A DNA stretch of 64,000 nucleotides from Bacteroidota bacterium (GTDB taxonomy: Bacteria; Bacteroidota; Bacteroidia; Bacteroidales; UBA12481): the NCBI GenBank assembly GCA_018669475.1, contig JABHCC010000032.1, positions 6,058-70,057 on the forward strand, in the 5' to 3' direction. The notes under the pieces were generated by a model. The model saw only the letters and a program-made list of their open reading frames with translations. It was not told the origin of the DNA and searched no databases. Shown here in pieces: positions 58,399 to 64,000 of the stretch (position 1 is the first letter of the stretch; each line of letters opens with the position of its first letter). The position numbers and the translations under genes are program-made.

Positions 58399-60750
58399 AT
58401 GTCAATCGAAATGAAAAAGTGGATTTCTCTATCTCCCATCCTGTTATTACTGGGAATGCCGATTCTATTGTCAGAGTGCAAAACAGAAAAAGAAGCAGAA
58501 ATGTATGCCGGATCATCCAGTTGCATAGAATGCCATGAAAGGTTTTATCAACTTTGGGCCCCATCTCACCATGGTTTGGCAATGCAGGGAGTAGATTCAA
58601 CTTTCATAGTAAATGAGTTAAATTTCACCAAGGCAGAAGCTGAGATTCAAGGATTTATGTTCAGTGCCTTTGTCCGGAATGACAGCCTCATTATGCTGGA
58701 ACAAAAAGAGGAAATCAAAAGAGAATACCCTGTAATTCATGCTTTAGGAGGAAAATATATCTATTATTTCCTTACACCATTTGAAAATGGTCGCTTACAG
58801 GTATTGCCTTTAGCTTATGATTTAAAAAAAGCTGAGTGGTACAATACTCCGGCTTCAGCTGTTCGACATTTCGTTGATCCTCTTGAAGATGAAGAGCTTG
58901 ATTGGCATAATTTTGCATATACTTTTAATACTAGTTGCCATTCCTGCCATGTTAGTCAGCTGGAGAACAATTATGATCATGAAAGTGATCAATATATCAC
59001 TACATGGAGAGAAGCTGGAATCAATTGTGAGACATGTCACGGGCCCAGCCAGGATCATGTAGAAATATTCAGAAAGATAAAAGACGGGGAAGTTCCTGAA
59101 GACATTGGACTTATTGTCACCAAAACCTTCACTCATGAGCAACACAACTCTTCCTGTGCTCCATGTCATGCTAAGATGCGCTCCCTTACCCTTTCATACC
59201 CACCTGGTGAAAGATTCTTTGATCACTTTGATTTGGTAACTCTGGAGGATCCGGATTTTTATCCTGATGGTCGTGATTTAGGAGAGAACTATACGATGAC
59301 CGGATGGCATCAGGGGGCCTGTGCTCAATCAGGTTTACTTGATTGCATTCATTGCCATACATCCAGTGGCAGATATCGCTTTGCTAATGAAAACCACAAT
59401 GGAGCCTGTTTGCCCTGCCATGAGGAGAATGTAAACAATATCTGGACGCACAGTCACCATCCGGTAGGAACAGAAGACCTGAAATGTATTTCCTGCCACA
59501 TGCCAAAGACGACTTTTGCCAGAATGGACAGAAGCGATCATTCAATGCGTCCGCCGATGCCTGCAACAACAATCGCGTTTGAATCTCCCAATGCTTGTAA
59601 TATTTGTCATGAGAATGAAACGGCTGAATGGGCGAATGCCTTGGTACAGAAATGGAACGGCGGAGAGTACCAGGATGAAACATTGCATAAGGCCCGGCTC
59701 CTGCTGGATGCGCGAACCGGTGAGTGGAAATACCTGGATGAATTACTTCAGGGCTTATATAACAATGCATTTGATGAGGTGTACACCAATTCCTTTATCC
59801 GGCTCTTGGCGACTCTGGATAATGATGCCAAATGGCCTGCCATTCTTGTTCATGCAGGAAACCCTTCTCCCATGATCAGGGCCTCGGTGATTAATTTGTT
59901 CGGACAAATTCCGTCACTTGAGACAAAAAACATTCTGCTTCAGGCCAGTCGTGATCAGTATCGTGTGGTCAGACGGGCAGTGGCCAGTAGTGTGGCTGGA
60001 TTTCCTGAGGGAGCCTTCTCCCCTGCTGAACTTGAAAGTCTTAATCCTCTGATGACAGAATATGAAGAAGCCTTTCTTGCAAGACCTGATGATTGGGCTG
60101 CACACTATAATCTGGGTAATTATTACCAGAACCAGCAGAGACTTGAAGAGGCAATAAAAGCATATGAAAAATCTATCGAGCTCTTTCCTGATGCTATCGC
60201 ACCATTAATCAATCAAAGCTTTGCCTATAATTTATTAGACCAAAAAGAGATGGCACTTAACCGGCTTTACAGGGCTTTGGAAATAGATCCGGATAACGAA
60301 GCCACACATCTCAATTTTGCCATGTTGATGGGTGAAATGGGCAGGCTTGAAGAGGCTGAAGCATCTATGAGGAAAGTGTTTGAAATTAATCCTGAGTCAG
60401 CTCAGGCTGCCTATAATCTTAGTGTTATGCTGGCCGACAGAGATACAATTGAATCACTTGAGTACAGCCGTCAAGCGATGGAACTGGGAATTGACCAGCC
60501 AAAATATGCCTATACATATGCATTCTATCTGCTCAGATCCGGTGAAAATGCAAAGGGGCAATCCGTGCTGGAACAAACCATTTCGAGTTTTCCTGCTTAT
60601 CCGGATGCCTGGCTATTACTGGGTTCACTTTTTGAACAAAGAAACGACTCAACTCAAGCTCTATCAGTATATGAAAGAGCAATAAAACTGGGTAGTTTCG
60701 GCGAGGAAGATCAGGCCCGGTTCGAACAAAAAATCAACAGTATGAAGTAA
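58399..60750 (+). CDS. Octaheme c-type cytochrome with C-terminal HEAT/TPR repeats
   Basis: Signal peptide and eight CxxCH motifs (CIECH, CHSCH, CETCH, CAPCH, CIHCH, CLPCH, CISCH, CNICH). TPR-like repeats at the C-terminus (AHYNLGNYYQNQQRLEEAIKAYEKSIELFPD...). Confidence 0.7.
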   Translation: MSIEMKKWISLSPILLLLGMPILLSECKTEKEAEMYAGSSSCIECHERFYQLWAPSHHGLAMQGVDSTFIVNELNFTKAEAEIQGFMFSAFVRNDSLIMLEQKEEIKREYPVIHALGGKYIYYFLTPFENGRLQVLPLAYDLKKAEWYNTPASAVRHFVDPLEDEELDWHNFAYTFNTSCHSCHVSQLENNYDHESDQYITTWREAGINCETCHGPSQDHVEIFRKIKDGEVPEDIGLIVTKTFTHEQHNSSCAPCHAKMRSLTLSYPPGERFFDHFDLVTLEDPDFYPDGRDLGENYTMTGWHQGACAQSGLLDCIHCHTSSGRYRFANENHNGACLPCHEENVNNIWTHSHHPVGTEDLKCISCHMPKTTFARMDRSDHSMRPPMPATTIAFESPNACNICHENETAEWANALVQKWNGGEYQDETLHKARLLLDARTGEWKYLDELLQGLYNNAFDEVYTNSFIRLLATLDNDAKWPAILVHAGNPSPMIRASVINLFGQIPSLETKNILLQASRDQYRVVRRAVASSVAGFPEGAFSPAELESLNPLMTEYEEAFLARPDDWAAHYNLGNYYQNQQRLEEAIKAYEKSIELFPDAIAPLINQSFAYNLLDQKEMALNRLYRALEIDPDNEATHLNFAMLMGEMGRLEEAEASMRKVFEINPESAQAAYNLSVMLADRDTIESLEYSRQAMELGIDQPKYAYTYAFYLLRSGENAKGQSVLEQTISSFPAYPDAWLLLGSLFEQRNDSTQALSVYERAIKLGSFGEEDQARFEQKINSMK

Positions 60751-60778
60751 AAGAAACGGGCTTATTTACCCTTTCTTC

Positions 60779-61057
60779 TTAATATCTTCTCTGACGTGGA
60801 TTTGAATCCCGCCTTTCACGTGGTATTGATTTCTTTACCACTATCTTACTATTCTGAAAATCGGTTTCGTTCAGAGCTTCAATAGCTCCGTTTCCGTCCC
60901 CATCATCTTCCATCTCAACAAATCCGAATCGTTTAGACTGACCAGTATCCCGGTCCATTACAACTTTAGCCGATGAAACCGACCCGTAATTTTCAAACAA
61001 CTCACGTAAATCGTCACCAGTGGTTTGTGAGCTCAACTTGGCTATAAAAATGTTCAT
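60779..61057 (-). CDS. RRM-type RNA-binding protein
   Basis: RNP-2 NIFIAKL and RNP-1 KRFGFVEM. Confidence 0.7.
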   Translation of the reverse strand: MNIFIAKLSSQTTGDDLRELFENYGSVSSAKVVMDRDTGQSKRFGFVEMEDDGDGNGAIEALNETDFQNSKIVVKKSIPRERRDSNPRQRRY

Positions 61058-61311
61058 TGATAAAAAATTAAAAATTCAAAACCCCGGAAGGACTGCAGAT
61101 TGCCCGGGAACTATAATCAAAGATCAGAGATTTTTTTTAATTATCAACTATCCTGAAGCTGATTTTTTTACTTATATATTTGAGACAGACCATCTTTAGA
61201 AAGAAAGCAATAAATTCCTCCTCCATTTTAATCTAAATAATTTTGCTGCTAATAATCCCGTTTATCAAATCCGAATAGTATCTTGTACACAGAAATCCAG
61301 CTCAGAATACA

Positions 61312-63636
61312 ATGAATAAATTGACACAAATCATTCAAATAATTGTTTTATCGCTTATCATATTAATTCCCTTATCTGGTTTTGATACCAGCGTTGATAA
61401 TCCTGGGCCTGAAAAAATCCTGTATGTAGCCAGATCTCAATATTTGTCAGATCATCATAATACGGCAACAATCTTCCAAACCGGAGAAATTAATACTCAA
61501 AGCTTCAGACCCGGTGCTGCACTTAAGGTTTTCAATACACAAAGCAAGGAAATCACATCAATTTTTGAAACTGAAACCGGAATGATCAGGGATCCGGAAG
61601 TTTCCTTTGATGGAAAGAATATTGTTTTTTCATTCAGACAGAGCATAAGCGACGATTATCATATTTATGAAATTACTGCTGAGGGTACTAATCTCAGACA
61701 GCTTACATCAGGTGAAGGAGTTTCTGATATAGACCCGATTTACCTGCCGGATGGTGGTATTGCTTTCAGCAGTACAAGAGAACCAAAATACTGCATGTGC
61801 AACCGTCATATTATGGCAAATATGTTTCGAATGAATTCAGATGGCAGTCACATTACTCAGCTGGGACGAAGTACACTCTTTGAAGGACATACGGCATTAA
61901 TGAATGACGGACGTCTGATTTATGATCGCTGGGAGTATATTGACAGGAATTTTGGTGATGCCCAGGGTTTATGGACTGTTAACCCTGATGGTACGAGGCA
62001 TGCAATTTTTTACGGAAATAACACTAACTCACCGGGCGGTGTGATTGACCCAAGACCAATACCCGGCTCAAATCTGGTACTGTGTATTTTTGGATCATGC
62101 CATGACCGGCCATGGGGAGCCCTCACCCTCATTGACAGAAGTAAAGGTGTAGATGGTGAAGAGGCTGTAGTTAAGATATGGCCCGAGAATGCCAGGTCTC
62201 ATATTGGCAAAGGCAATTGGGACGAATTCAAGCAACTAACCGTAAGATATGAAGATCCGTTTCCAATTGATAATAAAAACTTTCTGGTCAGCAAAAGCAA
62301 TCATATTATAAAAGGGGGCCTTGACCCAGCCGAAGAAAAAATGGCTATTTATCATATTCAGCTTGATGGAGGAGAAAATCTTTTGTTCGAGGATCCTTCA
62401 GCTAGTTGCTTTGATCCTATGCCACTGGCCCCAAGGTTTAAGCCACCCGTAATACCTTTTAAAAGAAATTTCACTAATGGTCCCGGGCAGTTTTACGTGT
62501 CAGATGTATATGAGGGAACTCATATGCAAGGTGTTCAAAGGGGAAGCGTCAAATACCTCAGGGTAATTGAATCCCCGCCAAAAAGAACATGGACACCTGC
62601 ATCATGGGGTGGCCAGGGACAGCAAGCTCCTGGGGTTAACTGGCATAGCTTTGAAAACAAAAAAATACTTGGAACTGTACCTGTAGAGCCGGATGGATCT
62701 GCCTTTTTTGAAGTTCCTTCAGGAGTTTATCTGTATTTTCAGTTATTGGACACCGATAAGAAAATGGTTCAATCAATGCGTAGCGGCGTGATTGCACAAG
62801 CCGGGGAAATCAATGGTTGCATTGGTTGCCATGAGGATAGACTTTCTGCTCCGGTAAATGTGAATAAAATGCCAATGGCCATCAGAAAGGCTCCTCACAA
62901 AATGAATGGATGGAATGGTGCCAGCCAGACCTTTAATTATGCCACTGAGGTACAGCCTGTATTCGATAAACACTGCTTATCGTGTCATGATTTTGGCTCT
63001 GAAAACCCATCAGGTCTGATATTGGCCGGTGACAAGAACCCATTTTTTAATGCCAGCTATATCGATCTGCATGTTAAAAAAATAGTGGCATGTATAGGTG
63101 GTGGCCCTGCTGATATACAGGATGCCTATTCATGGGGATCACATCCCAGCAAATTAATTCAGGAAATCGAGAAGGGTCATCATGATGTGAAACTCAACAA
63201 GAGCGAAATGCAAGTGCTTTACACATGGATTGACCTGAATGGAGTATATTACCCTGAGTATGAAAGTGCCTACCCCAACCATCCGGCAGGAAGAAGTCCG
63301 ATTACACATGAGGAACTTAAAGAATTAGGCCGTTTATGTAATATTGACTTTTATACGATTAAAGATTTTAATCGAAAATCGGGACCACAAATCAGTTTCG
63401 AGAGACCAGATCTAAGTCCTTGTCTCGATGGCACTTCCAGCGACGAAGATTATAAAACTGCCATATCAATTATCAGTAAGGGGTATCAAAGGCTAAAAGA
63501 GACACCCCGTTGTGATATGCCGGGATTTGTTCCCAGTCCTCTTCATCAGAAAGTACTGGCCAAATATGACCGTCTGGCTGAGGAAGCTGAAGTTTGTCGA
63601 TTGGAAATAGTAAACAGTGAATCTCAAAATCAGTAA
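61312..63636 (+). CDS. Secreted TolB/PD40-like beta-propeller protein with a C-terminal diheme cytochrome c region
   Basis: Signal peptide. PD40-like repeats (DPEVSFDGKNIVFS, DPIYLPDGGIAFSS). Two CxxCH motifs (CIGCHEDR, CLSCHDFG). Confidence 0.5.
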   Translation: MNKLTQIIQIIVLSLIILIPLSGFDTSVDNPGPEKILYVARSQYLSDHHNTATIFQTGEINTQSFRPGAALKVFNTQSKEITSIFETETGMIRDPEVSFDGKNIVFSFRQSISDDYHIYEITAEGTNLRQLTSGEGVSDIDPIYLPDGGIAFSSTREPKYCMCNRHIMANMFRMNSDGSHITQLGRSTLFEGHTALMNDGRLIYDRWEYIDRNFGDAQGLWTVNPDGTRHAIFYGNNTNSPGGVIDPRPIPGSNLVLCIFGSCHDRPWGALTLIDRSKGVDGEEAVVKIWPENARSHIGKGNWDEFKQLTVRYEDPFPIDNKNFLVSKSNHIIKGGLDPAEEKMAIYHIQLDGGENLLFEDPSASCFDPMPLAPRFKPPVIPFKRNFTNGPGQFYVSDVYEGTHMQGVQRGSVKYLRVIESPPKRTWTPASWGGQGQQAPGVNWHSFENKKILGTVPVEPDGSAFFEVPSGVYLYFQLLDTDKKMVQSMRSGVIAQAGEINGCIGCHEDRLSAPVNVNKMPMAIRKAPHKMNGWNGASQTFNYATEVQPVFDKHCLSCHDFGSENPSGLILAGDKNPFFNASYIDLHVKKIVACIGGGPADIQDAYSWGSHPSKLIQEIEKGHHDVKLNKSEMQVLYTWIDLNGVYYPEYESAYPNHPAGRSPITHEELKELGRLCNIDFYTIKDFNRKSGPQISFERPDLSPCLDGTSSDEDYKTAISIISKGYQRLKETPRCDMPGFVPSPLHQKVLAKYDRLAEEAEVCRLEIVNSESQNQ

Positions 63637-63670
63637 TACATATTGGTTTATAAGAAATAAATTTAAACGG

Positions 63671-64000
63671 ATGAAAAAAAAATGGAACTGGGCAATTCTT
63701 GGTTGCGGTAATATTGCAGAGAAATTCAGTACGGATCTCAAGACCTTGCCCCAGGCTAATCTCTACGCTGCTGCTTCGAGAAGTTTTGAGAAAGCAGATG
63801 CCTTTGCTAAGAAACTAGGCTATGAGAAAGCATTCGGAACTTATCTTGAAATGGTACAGGATCCTGATGTCGACGTAGTATATATTGCTTCACCACACTC
63901 TCATCACCTTGAGCACACTTTGCTTTGCCTCGATCATGGCAAAGCCGTTTTATGCGAAAAAGCTTTTGCCCTGAACTCTGATCAGGCAGCTCAAATGATC
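63671..64000 (+). CDS. Gfo/Idh/MocA-family NAD(P)-dependent oxidoreductase; partial, runs off the window end
   Basis: N-terminal Rossmann pattern WAILGCGNIAEKF...VDVVYIASPHSHH. Confidence 0.7.
   Translation, partial: MKKKWNWAILGCGNIAEKFSTDLKTLPQANLYAAASRSFEKADAFAKKLGYEKAFGTYLEMVQDPDVDVVYIASPHSHHLEHTLLCLDHGKAVLCEKAFALNSDQAAQMI

Noticed and set aside
1-64000. Prophage, transposon or integron content
   Set aside because: No integrase, transposase, terminase or capsid-like ORFs, and no attC or IR structures, were seen anywhere in the window. The tRNA-linked modules lack any recombinase.

Overview
This window is low-GC chromosomal DNA. T9SS C-terminal sorting domains, a TAnnTTTG -7 promoter motif and a feoA-feoB fusion suggest a Bacteroidota or Ignavibacteriota-like organism. 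No integrase, transposase, phage gene or CRISPR array is visible.

Gene content, in order along the window:
- A minus-strand TolC/adaptor/ABC ATPase/ABC-2 permease efflux operon, next to a GAF histidine kinase and an NtrC-type sigma-54 regulator.
- A tRNA-Pro(GGG). Its promoter and first about 20 nt occur in three direct copies that bracket two cargo modules: a tripartite hipB/hipS/hipT-like toxin-antitoxin, and a lipoprotein plus arylsulfatase.
- Secreted hydrolases: an SGNH esterase fused to a BNR sialidase, an esterase, a BNR-repeat protein, a GH18 and an M1 peptidase. Several carry T9SS C-terminal domains.
- An ECF sigma factor followed by a membrane protein whose T9SS tail is frameshifted.
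- A PAS histidine kinase, a methyltransferase, and a flotillin/NfeD pair.
- A strikingly cytochrome-rich segment: a tetraheme cytochrome c, a 19-heme cytochrome c fused to a cytochrome b membrane domain, an octaheme-TPR protein, and a diheme beta-propeller protein.
- nadA, a cobalamin-riboswitch-controlled btuFCD-like ABC importer, and feoAB.
- A compact peptide-modification locus that I cannot assign to any characterised RiPP class: a PqqD-like recognition element, an HPr-kinase-like kinase, an archaeal/eukaryal-type (Ser-His) signal-peptidase-like protein, an ABC exporter and a PF14907-like nucleotidyltransferase.

Many intergenic regions carry tandem heptanucleotide repeats (the CGGACYY family, (CCCGATT)6, CTGAAAA/CTGATAA).
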